32,000 nucleotides of DNA from Zygophlyctis sp. KS116 (Eukaryota > Fungi > Chytridiomycota): NCBI GenBank assembly GCA_054661495.1, contig BAAFSQ010000089.1:4306-36305 (forward strand), in the 5' to 3' direction. Both the position numbers and the translations under genes were made by a program. Under the pieces are notes generated by a model, which searched no databases, was not told the origin of the DNA, and saw nothing but the letters and a program-made list of their open reading frames with translations. Shown here in pieces: positions 1-12,300 of this stretch; the first letter of the stretch is position 1, and each line of letters begins with the position of its first letter.

Positions 1-121
1 GAACTAAGAGATCGCTATTCAGAATAAATATATTTTTCTTGAACGAATTAAATTTATAAACTCCCAAAAAACAGAAAATACAATAAAAAAGCCTGATAAA
101 ATCTTGTATTAATCAGCAAAA

Positions 122-1271
122 TTAATTATCAAGAGTAAGGCCAGAATCAGATTTCTCCATTTTCTCTGGTTTAGCAGTCAAAATCCCTTTTCTGCCAGAT
201 TTATGAGCCTCATAAGTTCTTCCTAGTCGAGACTGAGGGCCTAATTGAGGATTCAGAATAAAGTCAAACAAAAGTTTAGTCCATGAAGAATGAAAAGCTA
301 GAGGATCATAGTATTCTGAAGCAATCTCCTTTACTTTTTGAATTCTTGACCAAGGTACCTATAAAATCAAAATTTAATGAATTATACTTTTGTAAAATCA
401 TGATGTTCATTATGAAGTCCAATATTCAAATAAAGGTAATTCATTTTTCCATAATATGAGTAAGTCTCTTGACCATCTGTAATCGTAAAATGTTCCTGAA
501 TAAAATGCATTGCTGACGGATGTAATCCATAACCAAACCATAATGAACAAAAAACATATAAAAGTCCTCTTGGACCACAAACATTATAGATTAGTACATC
601 ACAAACAATAGTAAAAACTAAATTAATAATTTCCCAGGTAGAAGGAACCTATTTTTTAGAATTTTCTTCATTTTCTCTACCTTTTGCATAGCAAGACCCC
701 GAACAACATACATCAATGGATAAAAGAACAAAAAGAGTAATTTTTTAAAAGAAGATCCCTTTACCATTTCAATTTCCCATTTTAAAGGAAGATCAGGATC
801 TTTCCCTTCAACACCTTGAAACGCATGATGCTCCAAGTGATAACGACGAAAAGAACAAGCAATAGGAAATGGAATACAGATATTAGCGACAAGCCCAATT
901 ATTCTATTTACTAGTTGTGAGGAATGTACTAGACCATGAGCAGCCTCGTGAATTAAAACGCCATAAAGTTGAGTTATTGTTCCACCAAAAACGTATGAAG
1001 TTAACAAAAGCCAAAATAAAGAGTCCGACACTCTACCAAAATAGTAAGCAACCGCCAACTGGACAATAGTAGACACAATAGTTATCGGAATAGATTTTGT
1101 TTCAACGCCATACAATTCCTTAATTTCTGGATGTTTCTCCAAGATATTGAGTCGACGCTTAACATGGGGTTCATCCAGATCATCTTGAGCAATGTCATTG
1201 TGAATTCCAGGGATGGACCTCTTCCATGTCCCTAGATACTGAGGAAATCGACCGTCAAATTTTGAAATCAT
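122..1271 (-). CDS. DES1: Sphingolipid delta(4)-desaturase (dihydroceramide desaturase), 3 exons
   Basis: N-terminal EPHVKRRLNILEKHPEIKELYG, three His boxes (HEAAH, HLEHH, HNEHH) and the QETYSYYG motif. Removing GT-AG introns 649-680 (32 nt) and 359-387 (29 nt) gives a continuous frame ending in TAA at 122-124. Confidence 0.95.
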
Positions 1272-1412
1272 TTTTGCGATTTCTCCTTGACCTGGCCACT
1301 GACTCGCGCTTTTGGATCTGAAAGGGGATTTCGATCAGACACATTCCAGGACATCAAGTTTTATTTTACAAATTTTACAAATGCTAAACTTAAAAACGTA
1401 AACAAACAAAAC

Positions 1413-2696
1413 ATGAACAGACTCGTCAAGAGATTCATATCTCAGTCATTTCTTACTTTAGAATCAAAAAGACTGATCAATGTCAAATTCAATTCTCAAA
1501 GTGATTCAGTGGTAAAGGTTAGGTTTGACGATGGAAGCGAATCTAGTTTTCATGGAATTTGGTTAAGAGATCATTGCAAATGCATTCATTGTCATCATCC
1601 AGCTACTAAACAGAGGCTTTTAGATACATCAAATATTCCAGTCGATATAAAACCAATATCTGCCAAAATTCATGATAACACCCTGAAATTAAGTTGGTCG
1701 GACGGACATGAATCAAATTTTGATTCGTTATGGTTGCATCATAATTCATATTATCCTAGGATCTATAAAGAAGAGAAAAAGTATTTTTATTATTGTTAAA
1801 ATTTATAGATTATTAAAGTTTTGGGGAAAAGATCTTGTCTTACCGATCGTGTCTTACTCTGATGTTATGGATGAAAACGATACTGGTCTTGCGAAATGGC
1901 TTAATAATATTGTAAAATAAATTATATTTAATTAAAAGGAAACTGTAGGGATTGGTGCTGTTGATGGTGTTCCTCTTCATCCTGCAGTATAATTTTATAA
2001 AAACTGACAAAATAGGAGACTGAAAGGCTGGCAAGAAGGATCGCATTCATAAAAGAAACTCATTATGGAGGATTTTATGATTTTACTTCAAATTTAGAGC
2101 ATGGAGACACTGCTTATACAAATTTATCTTTATCAGCACATACAGACACCACATATTATACTGAACCAATGGGACTACAAGGATTTCATCTTCTTCATCA
2201 TCATGGAGAAGGAGGAGAAAGTTTATTTGTAGATGGATTTAATGCTGCTAAACGGCTATTAGATGAATATCCTTGGGCGTATCAAATCCTTTCTACTCAA
2301 AGAATTTCAGCTCATTCAATTGGTGATTCAAAAGTTTATATGAAACATACACCATCATCTGGTTTTCCTATATTGAATCTTGATCCACTAAGCAAGGAAC
2401 TTTATCAGATTAGATTTAATAACAATGATCGTTCTCCTCTACTTCCCCAGTCTCCAAAGAGTGTAATTTTATTTTACAAGGCACTAGGAGAATGGATTAA
2501 ACTCTTGAAATCTCCAGAATTTGAACTTAAAACTAAACTTTTTCCTGGACGATTTGTAATGTTTAACAATTGGAGAGTGTTACATGGACGGTCTGCCTTT
2601 ACAGGAAGTAGAAGATTGATTGGATGTTATATCGGAATGGATGACTTCAAAAGTCGACTCAGAATACTAAATAACACATCAAAGTCCAACATTTAG
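1413..2696 (+). CDS. TMLHE: Trimethyllysine dioxygenase (carnitine biosynthesis, TauD-like Fe/2OG dioxygenase), 4 exons
   Basis: WLRDHCKCIHCHHPATKQRLLDT N-terminal Zn domain, DTAYT..L.AHTDTTYY (HxD), IRFNNNDR, NWRVLHGRSAF. The basic N-terminus looks like a mitochondrial presequence. Introns 1781-1808, 1912-1938, 1987-2015. BBOX1 is the alternative paralog; HTDTTY and NWRVLHGR favour TMLD. Confidence 0.88.
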
Positions 2697-2722
2697 AAAA
2701 GATTTTAGATTGAATCGAATAT

Positions 2723-3051
2723 TTAAGCCTCTGTCAATTCTCGTACTAACATTAAATAAAGTAAATTACATCTTCGCACAGCAGATCTCACAGTAGCAGC
2801 GGCAGTAGTGCCAACAGTCCATGCACCACCAGCCATTGTCTTTCTGCATCCACGACATTTCCAGATCCCTACGGCAGATCTCTTGACTGAATCTTTTCCA
2901 CAAAAAGTGCAAGTGTAAGTGGCATGCTGGGTGATTTCCATTTTTTTAACTTGTTTACGGAGAGATGCACCATATCTTGTACCATATTTACCAGTCACTC
3001 CAACCTTCTTTGTTCGTTTCTAATCATTATCATCACTACACTTACAGCCAT
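2723..3051 (-). CDS. RPL43: 60S ribosomal protein eL43 (L37a), 3 exons
   Basis: Spliced [24 protein letters not shown]...CTFCGK...CRGC...RRLRELTEA. Introns 3020-3045 (26 nt) and 2746-2769 (24 nt). Confidence 0.98.
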
Positions 3052-3152
3052 ATATTTTTTTTCTTAACCTATAAAGAGATTTTGGTTCAGGAATATAGCG
3101 CCACAGCGCAAACTCTTGCCCATGACATAGGCCCTGTGCCGCTAAAGATCCA

Positions 3153-6100
3153 ATGCCTCCAAAGAGTCGGATATCCAATCTGCTCAACAATTTTGATTTT
3201 ACAGTCGATGATGATCCAAACGAATCATTTGAAAACAGTCAGGGAGAGAATGCATTAAATGCCTTACTGTCGAGATCTAAAAAGAAGGATCAAGTAAGAC
3301 TCCAAGAATTAACAGCCAGCGCAATTTAGAAAGTATAGCATCATCAAGTCAATCAATATCATCCCCTTCTCTAGATCAATCATCAAACTATCCACATGAA
3401 CGACCAGCCATTGCTCCTAGGTCCACTTCCCAACGTCAAATCAATACTTCATCAGCATCTCCAAAAGAGCAAAAGTCTACAAGTCCAGGCCTTATTCTTA
3501 GAAATATTCTTAATCCAGGCTCTAGAAAATCCAAACAATCACAACAAAGGTCGGCAGATGAAGAGTCTCTGCCTTCGTCCCAATCTCCAATTTCTCAAAG
3601 AGGGCCTTCAGCATTTGAAAAGCGGTCAGAAGAGAATGAAAAGTTGGAATTTAATCCAAATTTATCAAGTCGGAGGCCATCTGAAGAACAAGGGCAAAGA
3701 TCTCGATCGGTTGGTAGACGGACATTTGATTATTCTAATCTCACTGCAAGTCTAAGAAAAATGTCTTTTTTTCCATTGTTTGCTCCTTCATCAGGAACAG
3801 ATCAGAAATGGCTACCTGAACATGATTGGTATGCTTATGATATAATGCTCGAAGATTGTTTGCAAGATTCTAAAGCTTTTAGCATGCTTGCTTGGAATAC
3901 ATACGAAGAAAAGAAAGATTCTGTTATAAAAGTTAGATCGCAAGTTCAAAAAATTCAAAATACCCTCATTTCAACTCCTACTGAAGAGGGTATGGTTTTA
4001 ATGATTCAGACTTTGTATTATTATAGGGATTTGGAATTGATTATTGTAAAGAATTTGGCCTCGGTTTTAGCATATAAAGTCATATCATATGAATCAAGTC
4101 TTAAGAATCTTGATTCTGAATTATCTTCTATAAAGTTCTTACTAAAAGATAAAGAAAATTTAATAGGAAAAATGGAAAAAAGGGCTCGTGAAAAAGAGTC
4201 AATCATATTAGATCTTGAAAAAAAGATTCATTCAACGAAAAAAGCTGCTTCAGACTCGGACACTGATGTTGAAGAAGATGTATCATGGAAAAAGAAGGCT
4301 AATAATGGATTCGTAATTTCAGACAGAGATGTACTGACATTGGCATCTATTCTACAGTCTCTAGATCCTAGTTTACCACATCCCACACCTTCAAACTTGA
4401 TTTCTTCTCTGTCTAAATTACAATCAGGCAATTCTTCGACATATTCAAATGTCGAAAAAGATAAATATAAGGATAAATACGAAGCCCTTGAGGCAAAATA
4501 TAGTTCTAAGCAAGGGGAAGTAGAAAAATATCGGGAAGAAGCTAAAAAATGGAAGCATCGTTTTGAACGAAAACACTCTCATAATAATGAAACGAATGGC
4601 GACAAAATTAATTATAATGAGAAATACCAAGCTCTTGAGGCAAAGTATACTTCAAAAACAGAAGAATTAGAAAAATATCAAGAGGAAGCAAAACAATGGA
4701 AACGACGTTATGAAGAATCTGACGCAAAGAACTCTCAAATCAATGACCTAAGTCAAAATCAGTCAAATGATCTCAAAGAATTAAAAGCAACTCTTCGTCG
4801 TGAAGCGGAGCAAGAAATAAGCGCAATATCAGAGCAGGCAGATCGGGAAATGAAAGACATGCAAGAATCATTTAATCTTAGACTGCGTGAGACAGAAACT
4901 GGCTCTAGAAAACAAATCGATGATCTGAAAAAGAAGCTCGACACACAAGAGCGAGAGATACGGACATTGAAACTTGAAAGTACTGAATCTTTGAGAAAAA
5001 ATCAATCTGTTGCGAACTCTCAAATGGACAAACTTCAAATAGAACTTGAGAGAGAATATCAAGAACAAATTGACGAATTAGAAAATAGACTGGAGCAGTC
5101 GGGATTAGAAGCTTCTAAAACACTTGAAAAAGAATTGGAGAAGCTGAGGGAAGCACATGAGATGGAGCTATCTTCACTTTCAAGACGCCATAAGAAAGAT
5201 CTTGAGAAAGCTCAACATGATGGAATTATAGCCAAGATTGATACCCAGAATCTGTTAGATGAAGCACAAGCCACAATCGAAAGAATCAAAGAGGAAGCGT
5301 TTAAAGAAAAGGAAGAGAATGATCGTGAATTTGAATCTCTTACCAAAAAAATTAACCATCTGACAGATGAGAATCATAATTTATCACTAAGCGTTCAACA
5401 AGTCGATACTAAATATATTAGGCAGATTGAACAATTAGAGTCTCAGGTATCAATTTTAGAGTCTGAAAATTCAAATTTAAGAGGAATGGTCGATATTGAG
5501 AAAGGAAGTTCAGATACTTTGAAGCAAGACATTAGAGACAAGGAAACATATATTTCAGAATTAGGAAAATCTGTTTTGGAATATCAAAAATTGATGAAAG
5601 AATTTGAAGAAGTTGAAAATCGCTATAAAGCAGAACTCCAGAAAAAAAATGAACATATTGCCAGTCTAGAGGGAACAATTCAGAAAGAAAAAGAATCATC
5701 AAACCAAGGATTACTGGCTCAATTAGAGGCTAAAGACGAAGCATTAGATCAATTGGATAGGATAAAGAGAAGGCTTGAGGCTACTGAACAAGATTTAAAG
5801 CGTTCTAAATCCTTTACAGATGAGAAGGAAACAGAGATTATTGATTTGAAAAAACTAGTTAGATCTCAAAACAAGCAATTGGAAACAGCACTTGGAGGCC
5901 CTGTAGCCAGTACTCCTAAACATAGTAAAGATGATTTGGAATCCAAGGTTGAAGTGTTGACTTCTCAAATATCTAGTCTAAAACGCCAGCTCGAGTATAA
6001 AGAAAAGGAAAGTTTTGAAGTTCGAATGGAAGCAGCAGAAGCATTTCAAAAAGCTTCAGATTTGGATAAAGCCAAGGAAGAAATCAATCGACTAAACTCT

Positions 6101-6247
6101 GAAATGGACAAGATTTCATTGATGTTAATTGAGCTCAAATCTGCCAAAGTACAACTCTTAGAGAGAGTAGATAATGCCGAACATCGTGAAAACCTTCTCA
6201 AAAATGAGTTATCTCTATTAAAAGCAGAACTTGAAAGAAAACGTTAA
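3153..6247 (+). CDS. Large coiled-coil protein (~1020 aa) with Ser/Pro-rich N-terminus and a possible Uds1-like segment
   Basis: ATG at 3153; intron 3294-3319 (26 nt) joins it in frame to the open frame containing ORF 3644-6247. Most of the length is E/K/Q/L-rich heptad-like sequence. Confidence 0.8.
4475..4714 (+). repeat. Intragenic duplication, two diverged copies at a 147-nt offset
   Basis: KYEALEAKYSSKQGEVEKYREEAKKWKHRFE (4475-4567) vs KYQALEAKYTSKTEELEKYQEEAKQWKRRYE (4622-4714). Confidence 0.85.
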
Positions 6248-6250
6248 CTA

Positions 6251-6747
6251 TTATTTTCTAATTAATAAATAAAGAGAATCACCAACATTCATCTCTTGTA
6301 AATGTCGATGATCACCCGCAATACACATGAGCAAACCCCCAAAAGAGGCATAAACAGCACTAATTTTTTAAAAAAATGAAAACATACACTAGTGATCCCT
6401 TTGAATCATCGTATTTGTACACTTTGCCATACATTACGTAATCATAACTAGACTTTATAAATGTAAACTTACTCATCAGCCAATGACTTGACACCGGGCA
6501 GATCCCTCCATGGTTCATTCATAAGGCTCTCTGAGACTGAAGCCTCTGTTGATAACGATGATGCAAGGACTAGAGTGAATTTTTCAGTGACAGTCATGGG
6601 GAAGATTTCAGTATTAATATCAAGAGTTAATTCCATGGCCATGTTTTCTGAATTTCCTAACACCCGCGATACTTTATCAAACTTTTTCCCATATGGATCT
6701 ATATCAGAGACTTCAAAAATATCTTGGAACAAAATGTTTTTCTTCAT
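6251..6747 (-). CDS. RPB8: RNA polymerase I/II/III shared subunit RPABC3, 3 exons
   Basis: LFQDIFEV..IDP.GKKFDKVSR, LDINTEIFP, SLADDYDYVMYGKVYK, YASFGGLLM. Introns 6448-6472 and 6360-6387; TAA at 6251-6253. Confidence 0.97.
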
Positions 6748-6842
6748 TTTTTCAAGTGCAAGTAGGAGGTCTAGGCCTCTTTCATCTCTTTCATCTGTAA
6801 TCTTTAGCTTTGTAGATCTCTAAATATAAATAAAATTCATCT

Positions 6843-7924
6843 TCAACTGTTTTTACTACAAAATCCTCGCTCTTCATCCTTTATAGGAAAAGTCTTGAGT
6901 GATTCCAAATGCTTAAACCAACTGTAAAATACACCTCCAGAGACTGTTAATAAGATTCCTAGCCATCTCATATATGACACAACTTCATTTAAAACTAAAA
7001 TAGCAATCATTGTCTGTAAAACACCTCGCAAGGCTGATGAGACCATATGCGTCACTGGAGATGTGATCTTTATTTGTAAAAATCCAGCAAGATTTATAAG
7101 GAATCCAAATATCCCCTTGATTTAAAAGTAAACAATTTACAGTTGATAAAATTCCAAAAACAAGACTCTTTGAGTCCAATGCGTGAAATGTTTGCAATTC
7201 TCCTACTGATTAGATTCAATTTTATACCAGACACAATCAACCAAACTGATAATAAAATTGCAGATAATAAATTATTATAATACACTAGATCCATTGTATT
7301 ATTTTCTACAATTCTAAAATTTAAGATTATAATCATACTCTAAAGACTGTTTAATTACTATTGAATGTAGAGCAGTTGTAAATGAAGATAAAATCCCATA
7401 AAAAAATCCTTTAGATTCAAATTCCATTTTATCTAGAGTAGTTCCCTTGATTAAGAATTACTAGTAAATACCGATAAGAATCCAACAAAAATAATTACAC
7501 AAGACATTATAATACTCGGACTAATTTTTGCATTCAAGTAAATCAATGATAAAAACACTGTAAATGGCAATGTTAGAGATCTTGCAACCTTGAAATTTAT
7601 AATATAGTAAATTACTTGATATAAACTTGCATCAACATGCTGTAAACAAAATGTATTTGCACTTAGTCCGAAAGCATTTACAAATATTAACGGCATTAAC
7701 CTTTTAGACTCTTGAAACCTTATATGAGGTATTTGTACAACATTAAAGGCTGCCATGATATGCATTAGTAGGATTGCAATTATTAATTGTCCCCAGAGTA
7801 ATAGTAATGGCGTATCATTTGAATTTAGAACATACTTGTTCAACATTACCATTGATATTGAAGTTGTCATGTAAAACAGGACAGTCAGAACAACTTGAAG
7901 ATCTTTATTAAGCAATTGTCTCAT
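6843..7924 (-). CDS. Nucleotide-sugar transporter, GDP-fucose transporter (SLC35C1)-like, 6 exons
   Basis: SISMVMLNKYVL, CLQHVDASLYQVARSLTLPFTV, YYNNLLS, QIKITSPVTHMVSSALRGVLQT. Introns 7589-7615, 7446-7471, 7314-7338, 7203-7227, 7116-7140. Confidence 0.88.
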
Positions 7925-7942
7925 TTAAAAATTCGGAATTTA

Positions 7943-8947
7943 TTAATCTCTTTTTTTAGTGCCCGATATACCAATTAAATCAGGTATATCAGGTATATCT
8001 GGAGTTGTGGCAGGTGTGGCAAGTGTGGCAGCCAGGGCAGGGTAAGGAGATGAATTATAGAGAAATGTTGCTAAGGTTTAGAAATTTAAAATCACCAATC
8101 AACACAAGACTAGACCCCAACACAAACATCCCAGTAATTTCGGAATTAAAAATAAAACTTGCCGCAATACTAGATATAATAATTGAAATTGATGTTGCAA
8201 ATCCTTTAAGTATATTATCAGCATACTTTACAACCATTGCAACTATTAATCCTGCAAAAGCCTGATTTAATATAGTAATCCATCCTAAAAAATCATGATT
8301 TTCTAAAAATTCTTGTCCATTTCCCTGTAAAAATCTTTGTAAAAGTCCAAAAATTATTCCAAAAAGTGATAATTGAATATTTCCAAGATAAATACACGAT
8401 TTTCTAGTTTTTAGAACCTTTTCAAACCTGTTTTGAGTCTTTTATTAAATTACCAGACTCCAGAAATCCCTGATAATACACAAATTACAATAATATAATA
8501 AAATCCTAATATCTGATTATCTCCTTTAGATTTTAAATTTGAGATTTGAACAATTCCAATTCCAATCATTAATATTAACAATGATATCCATTGTCTTTTA
8601 GTAATTCTTTTATCTAATAAAACTATTGAAAAGACTGCTGTAGTCAGTATCTTGAGTTGATTTAGAACTTGAAACGTTCCTGGTTCTAACAGTCCAACAG
8701 CTAGAAATTGTAAATTATTCTGAATTAGATACAATACTGCAGGAAGACTCATTGATATTGCATTTATTCTCAAGTCTTTTAGTATTTGTAGAGGATTTTT
8801 AGAAATTAGAATACAAGATACTAGTAGTTTTACAATTTCAGCATGCAAGACTATAGAAGAAGATGTTTGTTTGGAATACTTTATTAAAAGTACTAGACTG
8901 GAATTTTGTAAAACTAGAATACAAAGAGAAAGTAGTTTTAAATTCAT
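7943..8947 (-). CDS. Nucleotide-sugar transporter, UDP-galactose/UDP-GlcNAc (SLC35A2/A3)-like, 3 exons
   Basis: PAVLYLIQNNLQF, TFQVLNQLKILTTAVFS, GVWFEKVLK, VVKYADNILKGFATSISII. Introns 8428-8453 and 8071-8095; TAA at 7943-7945. Confidence 0.92.
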
Positions 8948-9337
8948 GTCGGATTTATTAGAGAGTATAAACTATATATAGAATAAATAATGTCCAGGAT
9001 GAGATTACAATAAATAAAATACTCTAGTATTATATTGTAAATTTACCTTTGTTATTAAACAGCCATTGTTACGGAAAAAGGTTGATTCAATCTGATAAGT
9101 CTGAGGGGATTTCAGAGGCATTTAGATAATATTGTATTAATAATGCTGATAAGTATAAAGCTGATAAGTAGGTTAGCTCAATATTGTATGGTATGGTTTT
9201 TTGAGATGATAACTAATAGGATGAGATTGACTGATGCGGATTCTAGTTTCACCGCATGAATCTAATGATCTATGATGATCTAATGATGCAGTCATGCGTA
9301 AAGATGGAATGACGTACTTTAAATTCCGTAGTTTAGA
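8948..9337. promoter_or_regulatory. Divergent promoter region with three CTGATAAGT (GATA-type) sites
   Basis: CTGATAAGT at 9092-9100 and the exact direct repeat GCTGATAAGTA at 9145-9155 and 9160-9170. This is the longest intergenic gap in the window. Confidence 0.5.
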
Positions 9338-12300
9338 ATGGAACAAGATAGATCATCAAATTCAAATTTACAAGAGTCTAAAAAGAAGCAAGGGGATTCA
9401 AATATTGATGCTACGATTGATGAGGATTTAAAGTTTTATCTTTCCGGACTTTTTAATATTGAAACTTCACCGGTTTATAGGAATTTAGAGCAATTAAAAG
9501 GGAAAAAGGATGCTCCGAATGAAAGGTATATAGTGATTTTTAAACAAGTTAGATTAGATTTTTTGAAAGATTGTATAAAAAGTCTTCATGCAAGTTTATT
9601 AGCTGCTGCAGAGTATGAAAAATTATTAGGGAAAAAAGTTAAACAGATCTTTCAAGATGTTTCTAATCAGAGAATGGAAAGTGATAAGGCAATGTCAAAA
9701 CAATTCTCTCAAAATGCAGAAATTGGGGAATTAAAGAGAGAACTTTTAAAGGTTTGATAAAGGTTGATTTATATTAGGCTAAAAATGAAATGACTCTCTC
9801 AATTGAAAGAGAACGTAAACTTAAAAAACAGTTGGAAGACGATCTAAAGCAGAAAAATGAATTAATAAAGGATATTGAAGAAATAAGAAAGCACAAGGTT
9901 GATATGTTAGAACCTGCTCTGATTTCTTCTACAAAAGAACTAAAGGTAAAATATAGCATTAAAAATAAAGGTTGAATTGGCTCAAAGAAGGCATCAAGTG
10001 GAAAATCTTGAAAAGGATCTTGAGGAAAAAGTATCGACGTTTGATGCTGCACAAGCAGAAATTGAAATTTTAGATTCTGAAAGAGATAAACTTGCAGCTG
10101 CTTATAGTAAATCTGTAGAAATGCCAGGAAAAATTATGTAAATTCTTGTTTTTTAATTACAGGAAACAAACAGAAATCTTACATGATGCAATCAATACCC
10201 TCAATAATGAAGGTGTGAAACAATCTAATTTGGGTCATCAATTAGACAAAGAATTAGAAAGGCTAGGAAAAGTAAAAAAGGTATATTAATGGTATTAAAA
10301 GCAGGATCTAGAAGAATATAAAAGTTCTGAAATGCAAGAATATGAAGATAAACGAGGTGAAATTTCATTTATGGAAAAAGAGGTTGATAATATATTCAAA
10401 GAACATGAATATATGAAAGAACAGCTATCTATTCAAAAGGCTGAACGTGTCCGTGTAGATATAGGACTAAAGAGAATTGGATTAGAGGTATTTATCATGA
10501 CTTATTTGATCAGATTAAAAGGGCTCATGATGCTGTTTTAAAGCTTATTAGAGAAAGGGATATTCATTTAAAATTGTACAGAAGGCTTACTACAACCGTC
10601 AAAAATATTAAAATGACTGGACCCATTCTAAAAAAGCAACAAGAAGAACTCGAGAGTCAGCTAGAGGAGTCCATCAATGAAGAAAAATATCATAAGAGTC
10701 GCTTGGCTGATCTTAAAAAAGAGATTGATATTGCCTTATTTGATTTTCTCAAAATTGATAAACATGACAGGACTGAAGCGGATAATGTGCGATATTTGCA
10801 GGAAAGAAATAGGGAAGTAGAAAAAGACATTGAAAAATTAAAGTCGAACGCAAAAGAACTTTTTAGAGAAGCTGAGAGACTGAAAACCGAAAGAGATCTA
10901 AAGGTAAATAATGGTTTAAAGCTCAATATTTCAGGCCGCAGAAGTACTTCGCTTGCAGAGTAAATATCGCAAAGTTAAAGATGAAATGGGCTTTAAAGAT
11001 GTCGCAGTCATGGACACTTCAAAGCGGTTGTCCGAAGCACAGCTTCAATTAAAAGATTCTGCGACACTATACGAAGTTGTTAAAAATGAACGAAACAAAT
11101 ATGTATTTTCATGTCTTGAATTAATAATAGCTTAATCAAATTCAGTCGACATCACAGAAAGCAGCAGAGATGAAAGAAAAAATTAGAATCTTGTCGAATG
11201 AAATCGAAATTCTCAATAAAGAGTTGATTGATAGAGAGAAAGAACTGACGGTATTCTAAATAAAGTTTTAATATCAAAAGAAAAGAAAACAAGAAACTAT
11301 ATCTGGGTATGCCTCTAGAGATACAGTCAAGAATGAAGCCAATCGCTTACTGGCACAGTATAAAAGTAAAAGAGGTATGACCCAGATTTTATGATTTAAC
11401 ATTAGAAATTATTGATCAAAATCTTGGAATGATAGAGTTGCTAAATTCTCAAATCAATTATACTGAAGAGGAAATGCTTATACTTAAAACTCGTTATGGA
11501 TCTGCAGTAAAAGATCGTAATAGTGTGGGAATACATTTGCTTGATAGAAATGATGAACTATGTATACTCTATGAGAGACTTAATATTCAACAATCTATAT
11601 TAAGCAAGGGTGAACAGGGTCTTAGAGAGCAAGAGGATGAAGTTAGAAAACTATCTCTTATCAGGGCTGAACTCTTAAGAAAAATAGAGTTGGAAAAGCA
11701 ACTTCTACCTCAATCAAATACACTCAAAACAAGAATATCAAAAACCGAAACCGAATTTGAAAATATTCAAAAGGCTGTAAATAAATTGAGCATTGAAATA
11801 GAATCTCCTGGAGACACCAAAAACTGCCGATATTTAGAGGGAAAAGATCCTAATATAAAGGATTCAATACAAAAAATTCAAAAGCTGGAACTTTTACTTG
11901 CAGAAAAAGAAGTAATTATACCTTGGCTAAATTATAGGAGAAAATCCTTGAAAAAGATTTGATTTTAGAAGAAATCGAGATATTAACTGACCGATTGAAA
12001 AAACAAACAGTAGATGGAAGACAAGAATCAAATGAAATAACTATAAGACTCAATAACTTGACTAAGAAAATAAAGGAAGTTACAAGATCAATGATGGCTA
12101 AAGTCTCTGAATTATCAATGCATCAAGCTCTAGCAATGAATTTGTTCCAAGAGAACACTGATAAACAAGATCTTGTTAACTCTATCAACCAGCGTTTAAG
12201 TCAAGGAGATATCCCTGTAGAATTGATTGAACGCGATCTAATCCGTTCAGAGAAGATGAGAATCTGGAGAGAAGAACAAGTCTTGGAAGGAAAACAAAAG

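Noticed and set aside
1287-1412. N-terminal extension of the dioxygenase from TTG 1287
   Set aside because: It is a non-ATG start in the divergent promoter, and ATG 1413 begins a plausible mitochondrial presequence.
9064-9080. RFX X-box upstream of the ciliary gene (GTTACGGAAA)
   Set aside because: Only a partial match to the palindromic X-box consensus; too weak to call.
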